Sequence record: MZ089737.1
Length of the DNA stretch: 32,000 bases
Direction: 5' to 3' (one strand)
From: Pseudomonas phage PSA28
The notes beneath the pieces are model-generated. The model worked only from the letters and a program-made list of their open reading frames with translations. It was not told the origin of the DNA and ran no database searches. The stretch's first letter is position 1; each line of letters begins with the position of its first letter. Below, one piece after another: positions 17,088 to 23,958 of this stretch. The position numbers were made by a program, and so were the translations under genes.

Positions 17088-17527
17088 AAAAGCATAGCGC
17101 ATGGCAGAAGGACCGCAACCGGGTCCGCCGCCTCAACCGTGAAGTAAAGGCCATCATCCGCCGTGACGACGCCCGAGCGGAGTGGTTCAACGACCGATTC
17201 GCCAAGATGCAAGAAAAGGCCCGAGGTCTGGGCTTCATGGATATATGGTATATCGACAGTGAGTACCCGGCGTCCGACTGGCCGCCTCTGGACGATATGT
17301 TCATCGAGGTGACTGGCGACCCGTACTCAATCTCCGCCACTGGCGGTGTGCCGTCCGGTCTCTATGTGGTGCGCGGCACGTCATCAGTCTGGAACCAAGG
17401 CAAGTATGACATGCTCCTGCGGGTCACTGACGTGAACAAGGGAACAGAGGACTATATGTGGTTCCCACGTTCGGGCCACCGTGTTGTATCCTGTGGCGAA
17501 GTGGGGGAGATACCATGGCTGGATTAG
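17084..17527 (+). CDS. hypothetical protein (147 aa)
   Basis: ATGA overlap with upstream gene. Confidence 0.75.
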   Translation: MKKHSAWQKDRNRVRRLNREVKAIIRRDDARAEWFNDRFAKMQEKARGLGFMDIWYIDSEYPASDWPPLDDMFIEVTGDPYSISATGGVPSGLYVVRGTSSVWNQGKYDMLLRVTDVNKGTEDYMWFPRSGHRVVSCGEVGEIPWLD

Positions 17528-17970
17528 AGGTGGCACTGGCCATCCTGAAGATGGTGGCATATGGTGCGATAATCGGGGCCCTGCTGATAGCGGCCCTCAT
17601 CGGGACCACGTGGGTGGTGGGCAAGGTCTCACACTGGAGCATAGTCAGCACCCTGAACGCAATCAACAGCCTTTTGCCCCGCGACTGGGCCAGCGTCAAG
17701 CGAAAGGAGGGGATTGTCTTCTGCTCCGAGGTCTGGTACGATTTGCCCGTGGCCGCCCAGTGGATAACGCTCGACCGCTGGGGCCTCATCCAGTGCTGGC
17801 AAGCCAAGCCCACCTACTGTCCCGAAGATGGTGAGTGGTACAGCCACCAGCTAAACCAACCCTTTGATGTGGGCCACATGAGTGCCGAATGGACAGCCCC
17901 GTACGCATGGCTGCCAGAACCACCGATACAGGCCCTGCCGGAAGACATCTATGAAGTCGACGCCGTCTAG
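17515..17970 (+). CDS. membrane-anchored hypothetical protein (151 aa)
   Basis: GGGGGAGATACC ATG; N-terminal hydrophobic segment LAILKMVAYGAIIGALLIAALIGTTWVV. Confidence 0.65.
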   Translation: MAGLEVALAILKMVAYGAIIGALLIAALIGTTWVVGKVSHWSIVSTLNAINSLLPRDWASVKRKEGIVFCSEVWYDLPVAAQWITLDRWGLIQCWQAKPTYCPEDGEWYSHQLNQPFDVGHMSAEWTAPYAWLPEPPIQALPEDIYEVDAV

Positions 17971-18271
17971 CTTTAAACGAGCAGCAGCACCTAAACCAAA
18001 ATTCGCCCGTGGGACACGGGCATCCTTTCAATCGTGCCTCGACCCGAACATCAACGGGACGGGGCTAGTGGTAGAGGCCAAGTATTTCCCCAAGGACGGG
18101 CGCTTCCTCTACACCGTGGAGCGTGAGGTCGCCGGGTCAGTGCAGCGCTACACGTTCTTCGAGGAGGAGATGGCCAAACCGAGTGACAAGAGCTTTAAAG
18201 ACCGCCGCCAGATTGCCTTAGACCTGTGCGAGCACCCGTACGACGATATGACCAGAGAGATAGAGATATGA
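17951..18271 (+). CDS. hypothetical protein (106 aa)
   Basis: ATG 17951 in frame with the 17882-18271 ORF; ATGA overlap with next gene. Confidence 0.6.
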   Translation: MKSTPSSFKRAAAPKPKFARGTRASFQSCLDPNINGTGLVVEAKYFPKDGRFLYTVEREVAGSVQRYTFFEEEMAKPSDKSFKDRRQIALDLCEHPYDDMTREIEI

Positions 18272-18471
18272 AACCTGAATTCATCGCATACGGCCTGTAT
18301 GCCTACTTCATCATTGGCTTCATGCTGTGGCTGTGGGCCATGGTTGATGACGCCGCGACCGGGAACCGTCACCGTGGTGGCTTTGTGGTAGCGCTTGAGG
18401 CACTGATTGCTCTGGTGCTGGGCTGGCCGTTCCTCGTAGTCACCCTGTGCAAACCTCGGGGGCGCAGATGA
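18268..18471 (+). CDS. small two-TM membrane protein (67 aa)
   Basis: GAGAGATAGAGAT ATG; YGLYAYFIIGFMLWLWAMVDD...ALEALIALVLGWPFLVVTL. Confidence 0.7.
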   Translation: MKPEFIAYGLYAYFIIGFMLWLWAMVDDAATGNRHRGGFVVALEALIALVLGWPFLVVTLCKPRGRR

Positions 18472-19322
18472 GCAAGAAAAAGCCTGTCAAGTACGAACGC
18501 CTTGAGCAATGGGTACAAGAGCACGACGCCCGGATAGTACAGGCCGGGTCCTACCCTGCGCAGGTCGTGTTCGTAAAAGAGGATGACCTCAAATCCCTAT
18601 GCAAGGCCATGGACCTGCCCCGTATGGGCAAGCTGTCCGGGGGCCGCTGCTACCAGCTGGCTGGTGAGGATTTCTTCGCCGTCATCATGGCCTTTAAGCT
18701 AACGTCCGGGCAACTCATCTCGGCCATCGCGCATGAGTGCTACCACGCGACCAACTTCATTTATAAGCGTTACAACGTGCGGCACTCGCTTAGCAACGAC
18801 GAGCCGGGCGCTTATCTCATCAGCCATATGGCCTACTACGCAGCCAAGTTTATCGAGGAGCAGGGTTATGCACTCTCTTACACCGGACCTGTCAACACAG
18901 ATGCAACGGATAGCAGAGATTTACGGGCAGAGCTACCTAGTCCGCAACAAGGACGGGTCGATGCAGGTGCTGAGCCCACAGGACGTGCTGGTGGTGACGT
19001 TCCACGGGAAGAGCCCGGTGAAGCCCCAGCCCCCATCCTATCATGTGGGTGTGCTGGGCGATGCATTGGACACCCTGTTGCCCCCGAGCCGTGCGTAAGC
19101 ACAGACCCAGTAGCCGTCATTCACTGTGACCGCTGCGGTGAGGAGCTTGAACAGGCGACAGCCTATAAACATGTGTGTGCCATGCCGCTCGAAGCCGAAG
19201 CACCAGCACTTAGACTGGTACAGTGCCAGCGTTGCGGGGTCGAACACCCGGTGCACCGTAAGCATTGCTGTAATAAACGCGACGTTATGGCTTGGGAGGC
19301 CAAACATGAACAAGACTATTAA
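18468..19322 (+). CDS. HExxH metallopeptidase-like domain fused to Cys-rich C-terminus (284 aa)
   Basis: SAIAHECYHATNFIYKRY (HExxH) with downstream DEPGAYLISHMAYY; C-term CDRCGEELEQ...CQRCGVEHPVHRKHCCNKRD. Confidence 0.65.
   Translation: MSKKKPVKYERLEQWVQEHDARIVQAGSYPAQVVFVKEDDLKSLCKAMDLPRMGKLSGGRCYQLAGEDFFAVIMAFKLTSGQLISAIAHECYHATNFIYKRYNVRHSLSNDEPGAYLISHMAYYAAKFIEEQGYALSYTGPVNTDATDSRDLRAELPSPQQGRVDAGAEPTGRAGGDVPREEPGEAPAPILSCGCAGRCIGHPVAPEPCVSTDPVAVIHCDRCGEELEQATAYKHVCAMPLEAEAPALRLVQCQRCGVEHPVHRKHCCNKRDVMAWEAKHEQDY
18901..19098 (+). CDS. possible overprinted ORF (65 aa) in +1 frame inside the 18468 ORF linker
   Basis: MQRIAEIYGQSYLVRNKDGSMQVLSPQDVLVVTFHGKSPVKPQPPSYHVGVLGDALDTLLPPSRA looks protein-like whereas the host frame here is P/G/A/E low complexity. 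Confidence 0.4.
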   Translation: MQRIAEIYGQSYLVRNKDGSMQVLSPQDVLVVTFHGKSPVKPQPPSYHVGVLGDALDTLLPPSRA

Positions 19323-19572
19323 TACCCAGCTGGTGCTTGAGCATAAGCTCGACGCCGAAGCGGTGGACTTCATCGAACGACTGGTGGCCGCTGGCCATGA
19401 AATCAACCTGACGGACGGAGGACCGCAGCCCATCTTTACTATCGGTGCAGGTAAGACCCCCATCAGTGGTAAGACGGTGATGGAGATAGCCAAGTGGGCC
19501 CCCAATGAGCATCTGCTCATCAAGGCTTTCCGCGTGCTGTCCAGAGCCTACCCTAATGGGATGGCGAACTAA
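19306..19572 (+). CDS. hypothetical protein (88 aa)
   Basis: ATG 19306, preceded by GGGAGG; ATG overlaps both neighbours. Confidence 0.65.
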   Translation: MNKTINTQLVLEHKLDAEAVDFIERLVAAGHEINLTDGGPQPIFTIGAGKTPISGKTVMEIAKWAPNEHLLIKAFRVLSRAYPNGMAN

Positions 19573-19691
19573 TGAGCTGGGAGCTTGATTGGCTGTCCTA
19601 CGTCATCGGCGTGGCTGTGGGTTCGTGCTTCGTGGGCCTTGTATGGCTGCTTAGTGTTTTGTTCCCGACAGACTGCGACGAACTGCCGTAG
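19572..19691 (+). CDS. small membrane protein (39 aa), absent from the supplied ORF track
   Basis: TAATG overlap; MSWELDWLSYVIGVAVGSCFVGLVWLLSVLFPTDCDELP. Confidence 0.5.
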   Translation: MSWELDWLSYVIGVAVGSCFVGLVWLLSVLFPTDCDELP

Positions 19692-19770
19692 CGCATGAGC
19701 GGGTGTCGCTGACATGGAAGTCGGCCTCCCCGGACGGCGGCGCGACCATCAGTATTCAGATTACGGGGTA

Positions 19771-19800
19771 TTGACAGGCCGCCATATAGTATGCTGTACT
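19771..19800 (+). promoter_or_regulatory. probable promoter (TTGACA-N18-TGTACT)
   Basis: Consensus -35 at 19771-19776, degenerate -10 at 19795-19800, GCCCCAAC at 19817-19824, gene start at 19849. Confidence 0.5.
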
Positions 19801-19848
19801 AATAGTGGGCATATCTGCCCCAACCCCGCATCTCAATGGAGAGAACCT

Positions 19849-20211
19849 ATGCAACGTCTTATGACCCTAATCGCAGAACTGACTACATGGGAGGTGGCTT
19901 TCGGTGTGGCCTTCGCCCTGCTGCTGGCCCTGTTCCTCGTACCTATGTATGTCCTGCACTGTACCGGGCGCAACCTGCTCAATAACAACGTCGGACGCAT
20001 CGCACACCGCGAATGGATGTTCGGGTCCACGGTCATCATCTATAGCCGCTGGCCGATATCCAAGGGCTGGCAAGGCTGCAGTGCCCGTAAGAAGACCTCC
20101 CGGTCGTGTATGTTAACCATGGGGACCGTCCAGATTGAGCTTATCCGCCTATGTCGTTCACAGGCTCCCATCTACAGGGCAACGTATAAGCACGCCAAAA
20201 AGCACGCTTGA
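19849..20211 (+). CDS. membrane-anchored hypothetical protein (120 aa)
   Basis: TGGAGAGAACCT ATG; TM segment FGVAFALLLALFLVPMYVLHC. Confidence 0.65.
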   Translation: MQRLMTLIAELTTWEVAFGVAFALLLALFLVPMYVLHCTGRNLLNNNVGRIAHREWMFGSTVIIYSRWPISKGWQGCSARKKTSRSCMLTMGTVQIELIRLCRSQAPIYRATYKHAKKHA

Positions 20212-20237
20212 CCCGGTTGGGGCTCAAGTGTTATACT
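20208..20237 (+). promoter_or_regulatory. sigma70-type promoter (TTGACC-N18-TATACT)
   Basis: TTGACC 20208-20213 overlapping the previous stop, TATACT 20232-20237, followed by GGGCCCC and a gene start at 20271. Confidence 0.65.
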
Positions 20238-20270
20238 GGGCCCCTCCACCACGAGATAAGAGATTAAAAC

Positions 20271-20630
20271 ATGGCACGCGCAACCAAGATTAAAGACATC
20301 CATATCCTGCGTCGTAATGGCCGTTGGACTGCGGTATGGCAGGACTCCAGCCGCAAGTCCCGTGTAGTACGACACGCTGACACCCCCGAGCACGCCCTGA
20401 TATCCCTGCTGGCCAGTGAACTACTGGAGCCCAATAAAAAGGCTCTGGTGCTGGCACATGCCGCATTCATCGTGTGGCTTGAGTCAAAGGGTCTTATGGG
20501 ACTGCGCCGGGCCCTTGTGCATGCTAAAGGCTTCGGCTGGACCAACATCTCGAAGCCGGAGGCTGTCAGGGTATACCGGAAATATAGAAGGGGCTCAACG
20601 AGCGGTACTTCTCTTGGCCTCGGAGAATAG
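20271..20630 (+). CDS. hypothetical protein (119 aa)
   Basis: Downstream of promoter with CGAGATAAGAG leader. Confidence 0.7.
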   Translation: MARATKIKDIHILRRNGRWTAVWQDSSRKSRVVRHADTPEHALISLLASELLEPNKKALVLAHAAFIVWLESKGLMGLRRALVHAKGFGWTNISKPEAVRVYRKYRRGSTSGTSLGLGE

Positions 20631-20654
20631 TCCCGGTACGTATGTAGCGGGTCG

Positions 20655-20677
20655 GCCTCTCGATTCAACGGAGAGGC
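20655..20677 (+). terminator. stem-loop GCCTCTC-N9-GAGAGGC
   Basis: Perfect 7-bp inverted repeat in the gap between genes. Confidence 0.35.
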
Positions 20678-20706
20678 TCCCGTTTGCTAAAGATGGAGAA
20701 CAAAAG

Positions 20707-20988
20707 ATGAACATCACAAGATTCGCAGTACACGTCATCGTAGACAACAGCCTCGTGGCCTCGGTATCGGGCCCGGAGCACGTAGTAGGCCAGTTCGCTG
20801 GGGAGATAGCCGAGCTTGTCACCGGGTATGAACTGAGCACCGTCACCAAGGAGACGCTGGAGGTCCAGATAGTAAGCACTATGCACAACGCCGTCCGCCA
20901 GAGCGACACCAGAAAGGTGGTCGTCCCTGTCGGGTTCAAGATGGAAGTCCTTATTACGCCGATGTGTTCGGTCATGGGAGGGGTATAA
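20707..20988 (+). CDS. hypothetical protein (93 aa)
   Basis: GGAG upstream of ATG 20707; TAATG overlap with next gene. Confidence 0.65.
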   Translation: MNITRFAVHVIVDNSLVASVSGPEHVVGQFAGEIAELVTGYELSTVTKETLEVQIVSTMHNAVRQSDTRKVVVPVGFKMEVLITPMCSVMGGV

Positions 20989-21230
20989 TGAAGGTCAAAA
21001 TTAGGATAGTATGGCCGGACGGCTTCAAGTCCGAGGTCGTGGATGAGCACATGAACGTCGTGGCCAAGGTCATGGTCCAGCTGCGCCGGGCGGGGACCAA
21101 GTTCCCCATCACCCTGTCGCATGAGCTGCGTGACCTCGTGTACGGGCCCGAGGGCGCTATCCATGGCGGGGTCCACACCTACACCGGGCTGACTAAGTAC
21201 GAGTTCATCGCACAGAGGGTAGACGAATGA
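20988..21230 (+). CDS. hypothetical protein (80 aa)
   Basis: TAATG/ATGA overlaps on both sides. Confidence 0.65.
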   Translation: MKVKIRIVWPDGFKSEVVDEHMNVVAKVMVQLRRAGTKFPITLSHELRDLVYGPEGAIHGGVHTYTGLTKYEFIAQRVDE

Positions 21231-21553
21231 CACCGATGTATAAAGTAGTCCTGCTGGCTGGTCCAGCACTAATCGCCTCGTACACCGCGCACCCGACCCG
21301 CATCAAAGACCCACGGGGCGGCATCATGCAAGCACTAGAGCTGGACCTGATGGACCTGCTCAACCTGTCGGACACGTCCTGTATCCCATCGGTGGTCCAC
21401 CGCGACCTGACCGAGGCCATAGGCCGGGCGATTGATGGCTGTCAGGAGCCGACACGCGAGCCCACGGTCATAGCTCTGTCCCATCACGCAGGGCGACACC
21501 CGATGTACGAAGGCGGGATGGCCCCAATATCGGTCCGAGTGGTCCGTTGCTAA
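21227..21553 (+). CDS. hypothetical protein (108 aa)
   Basis: ATGA overlap; contiguous with the gene cluster. Confidence 0.6.
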   Translation: MTPMYKVVLLAGPALIASYTAHPTRIKDPRGGIMQALELDLMDLLNLSDTSCIPSVVHRDLTEAIGRAIDGCQEPTREPTVIALSHHAGRHPMYEGGMAPISVRVVRC

Positions 21554-21650
21554 ACGCAGGATTGACACCAGCCACACGGATGTGGTATCACGCGTGCGCT
21601 TATCATGTGTGTATGTGGGATATTGTCGCCCGTCGACACATTCAATGTCG

Positions 21651-21915
21651 ATGGAACGGTGGAACGGTGGAACGGTACATAGTACAAATTGCCGTGGACT
21701 CTCTCTCTGTCCCCGGAGGACGCGGTCTCCGGTTTTTACGTGTGAAAAGAGAGCCGTTCCATGAGCCGTTCCATCAGTGCTAGGTTGGGGTGGAACGGTG
21801 GCCCCAACTACGCACGGCGACCCAGTGCCGCGCAATCCCCTCTTTGGACGTCCGGGAACGGTCCCAGCGTTCCACGTTCCACGCCCCAATCCCCCTCTGT
21901 TCCGTCCTCTGTTCC
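21651..21915. repeat. cluster of GGAACGG/CCGTTCC repeats in a ~400-bp intergenic region
   Basis: GGAACGGT x3 in tandem (21653-21676), GAGCCGTTCCAT x2 in tandem (21751-21774), GGAACGGT at 21792 and 21855, CGTTCCA x2 (21868-21881), GTTCC-type words at about 21900 and 21911. Confidence 0.85.
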
Positions 21916-21941
21916 ATCGCCGTGGTACGTGCAAAAGATTA

Positions 21942-21996
21942 TTGACAGCCGCCCCAACCTATGGTATAATAAAGTCTCTGGTGGCGCAGTGCCACC
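21942..21996 (+). promoter_or_regulatory. promoter + 5' hairpin cassette 4
   Basis: TTGACA(21942-21947)-N17-TATAAT(21965-21970), hairpin GGTGGC-gcagt-GCCACC (21980-21996), then GCGGAGATTAGAG before ATG 22020. Confidence 0.9.
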
Positions 21997-22019
21997 GGGC
22001 AACAGCGGAGATTAGAGAT

Positions 22020-22310
22020 ATGAAAGGCGTCTATCAGGTAGTAGGCAGTGACGGCGTGGTACTGGCAGCAATCGCAGCTGACACCGAAGAGCAAGCACGT
22101 GCGGCGATGGTGGAATTCGAAGCGGCAGACCTGCTGTACATCAACGACACCACGCTGGACCACGGCCAGCTGTACGAGCTGGGCAACGACGAAGTGGGCT
22201 CCCTCATCATCATTGCGGTGGAAGACGAAGCCGAAGCGCGTGCCACTGCCGATGCGATGGGCGAAGAGTTCGAAGAGCACTACGACATCCGCCACGTTGG
22301 TTCCTTCTAA
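22020..22310 (+). CDS. hypothetical acidic early protein (96 aa)
   Basis: Downstream of promoter cassette; MKGVYQVVGSDGVVLAAIAADTEEQARAAMVEFEAAD... Confidence 0.75.
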   Translation: MKGVYQVVGSDGVVLAAIAADTEEQARAAMVEFEAADLLYINDTTLDHGQLYELGNDEVGSLIIIAVEDEAEARATADAMGEEFEEHYDIRHVGSF

Positions 22311-22319
22311 CCTGACCGG

Positions 22320-22335
22320 GGCCTACGGGCCCCAT
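22320..22335 (+). terminator. GGGGCC-TACG-GGCCCC hairpin
   Basis: Perfect 6-bp stem, 9 nt after stop codon; no U-tract. Confidence 0.4.
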
Positions 22336-22348
22336 ACTGGAGTATCTC

Positions 22349-23044
22349 ATGGACCTGAACAAAGTAAAAGCACGCATCGCCAAGCTGCTGGCCATGGCCG
22401 AGAACAACGGCAACGAACACGAGGCCGCGCAAGCCGCCGACCGCGCCCGACGCCTGATGGACCAATATCAGCTGGACCGCATGGACGTGGAGCAGACCGC
22501 CTCTGACTTCGGCTATGAGTACGCGGGTGAGTCCTACGCATTCCAGCCCCGGTGGAAAGGCTGGCTCGCCTCTGCCGTGGCCAAGTTCAACGATTGCCAG
22601 TGCCGCCTCGTCCGAGTGCCAAGTGACGGCGCACGCAAGCGCTACCGCACCCGATGGGAGGGCTACGCAGAAGATGTGACCCTGTGTTTGGCCATGTTCG
22701 AGTATTTCACCACCGTGGTAGAGAACGCGACGTCTAAAGACCAGCTGGCTCGTGGGTACACCCGCTACAACGCACGGGTCGGGACCATCTTCAAGGAGCA
22801 TATGGTATCCACTCTGTCCGAGCGTCTGCGGGTCCTGATGGCCCAGCGGCAGACCGAGACCACCACAGCCACCGGGACAGGGCTGGCCGTGTACAAGGCC
22901 AATCAGGTGGCGGCCCAGTTCGGCGAGTGCACCTACAAGGAGCAACAGACCAAGCCAGCGGACAAGATGACGCCCGAAGAGAAGCACGCCGCCCTGATGG
23001 GCATCCAAGAGGGCGAGGCCGTCCATATCAACGCATTGAACTAA
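22349..23044 (+). CDS. DUF2786-like protein (231 aa)
   Basis: N-term VKARIAKLLAMAENNGNEHEAAQAADRARRLMDQYQL matches the DUF2786 signature as remembered. Confidence 0.7.
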   Translation: MDLNKVKARIAKLLAMAENNGNEHEAAQAADRARRLMDQYQLDRMDVEQTASDFGYEYAGESYAFQPRWKGWLASAVAKFNDCQCRLVRVPSDGARKRYRTRWEGYAEDVTLCLAMFEYFTTVVENATSKDQLARGYTRYNARVGTIFKEHMVSTLSERLRVLMAQRQTETTTATGTGLAVYKANQVAAQFGECTYKEQQTKPADKMTPEEKHAALMGIQEGEAVHINALN

Positions 23045-23049
23045 ATATA

Positions 23050-23105
23050 TTGACAGAGGCCCCAACCTATGGTATAATAAAATCTCTGGGGGCAACGGGG
23101 CCTCC
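23050..23105 (+). promoter_or_regulatory. promoter + 5' hairpin cassette 5
   Basis: TTGACA(23050-23055)-N17-TATAAT(23073-23078), hairpin GGGGGC-N6-GCCTCC (23088-23105, one G:U), then GCGGAGATACAGAG before ATG 23125. Confidence 0.9.
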
Positions 23106-23124
23106 ACCCAGCGGAGATACAGAG

Positions 23125-23295
23125 ATGACCAAGTTCGAATTCTACGGCAAGACCATCGCGACCTACGACGCGGAAACACGCGAAATCAACGTGGCTGGGC
23201 ACGGTTGGCTGTGCGATGCGGACACCGTGGAAGAGGCTAAAGCCATCGTGAAACGCTACATGAAAACCCGCCTCCACTCTGGCGTGGCTTACTAA
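23125..23295 (+). CDS. hypothetical small protein (56 aa)
   Basis: MTKFEFYGKTIATYDAETREINVAGHGWLCDADTVEEAKAIVKRYMKTRLHSGVAY, directly behind the promoter cassette. Confidence 0.7.
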   Translation: MTKFEFYGKTIATYDAETREINVAGHGWLCDADTVEEAKAIVKRYMKTRLHSGVAY

Positions 23296-23306
23296 GGAGA
23301 TTAGAG

Positions 23307-23708
23307 ATGAAACTGACCTACATCGGCATGAACAACGGCAGCATCAAGGAAGCACACCGCCTGCAGTCGGCCCTGCGCGACACCCGCGACATCATCGAAG
23401 ACTGCTACGCGGTAGGCAACTTCGCCGGGGCCAAGGCCCTCCTCGTGACCGAGGCCGAAGAGCTGGCCAGCCTCGAAATGGTCATGCGCTGCGATGCGGT
23501 CCACGCGACCGCCCTGCCGCAGGATGGACAGCACTCCTACCACTGGCACAAGGCAATGCGCCCGTACCGCATGGCATACGTGGCCCAGTACCAGAGCACC
23601 CGCCCGGCAGCTGACCCGGACGACGAAGCGAACGAAGTGGAGCAGCACCAAGCATGGCTTATCGAGCAGGGCCACGACTACGCGGTATTCGGCGGGGTGC
23701 GGATGTGA
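23307..23708 (+). CDS. hypothetical protein (133 aa)
   Basis: AAGGAGATTAGAG ATG. Confidence 0.7.
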   Translation: MKLTYIGMNNGSIKEAHRLQSALRDTRDIIEDCYAVGNFAGAKALLVTEAEELASLEMVMRCDAVHATALPQDGQHSYHWHKAMRPYRMAYVAQYQSTRPAADPDDEANEVEQHQAWLIEQGHDYAVFGGVRM

Positions 23709-23857
23709 ATAAGTCACCGACAGGGCGTATCATCGACGAGCGCCAGCCCATCAAGGCAGCACTCAATCAACAGGCTTTTCTGACTCGCAAGGAAGAGGAG
23801 AAGCTCGACCGGGAGGCCGTGGCGAAGTGGCTGGCCTCCTTCAAAACCCGCCGATAA
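23705..23857 (+). CDS. small basic protein (50 aa) with probable GTG start
   Basis: GTGA overlap with upstream stop; NKSPTGRIIDERQPIKAALNQQAFLTRKEEEKLDREAVAKWLASFKTRR. Confidence 0.45.
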   Translation: MNKSPTGRIIDERQPIKAALNQQAFLTRKEEEKLDREAVAKWLASFKTRR

Positions 23858-23862
23858 AAAAT

Positions 23863-23891
23863 CGCCCCATCTCCAAGGCCGGAGTGGGGCG
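23863..23891 (+). terminator. strong intergenic hairpin (terminator-like)
   Basis: CGCCCCA-t-CTCC-aaggcc-GGAG-TGGGGCG followed by TCTTCT, preceded by A-tract. Confidence 0.65.
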
Positions 23892-23926
23892 TCTTCTGAA
23901 AGCTGGAGGTTGTCCGGTGCGGGAGT

Positions 23927-23958
23927 GGACCCCTCCCCCGGTTAAGGGTTCGGGGTCC
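23927..23958. promoter_or_regulatory. inverted repeat upstream of terS, candidate packaging-related site (cos/pac)
   Basis: GGACCCC (23927-23933) ... GGGGTCC (23952-23958) in an approximately 195-bp non-coding gap directly before the small terminase gene. Confidence 0.3.

Noticed and set aside
20979-20990. TATAAT within GGGTATAATG at the 20707/20988 gene junction as a promoter
   Set aside because: No acceptable -35 at 16-18 nt upstream and the -10 would overlap the start codon; best explained as a TAATG stop/start overlap.
21653-21915. CRISPR-like array
   Set aside because: Repeat units are 7-12 bp, directly adjacent or irregularly spaced and in both orientations, without 20-40-nt spacers; iteron-like instead.
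1-23857. Dedicated anti-phage defence, restriction-modification or toxin-antitoxin system
   Set aside because: No methyltransferase, reverse transcriptase, TIR/CBASS, Cas or canonical TA pair could be supported; SF2 and SF1 helicases here fit phage replication.
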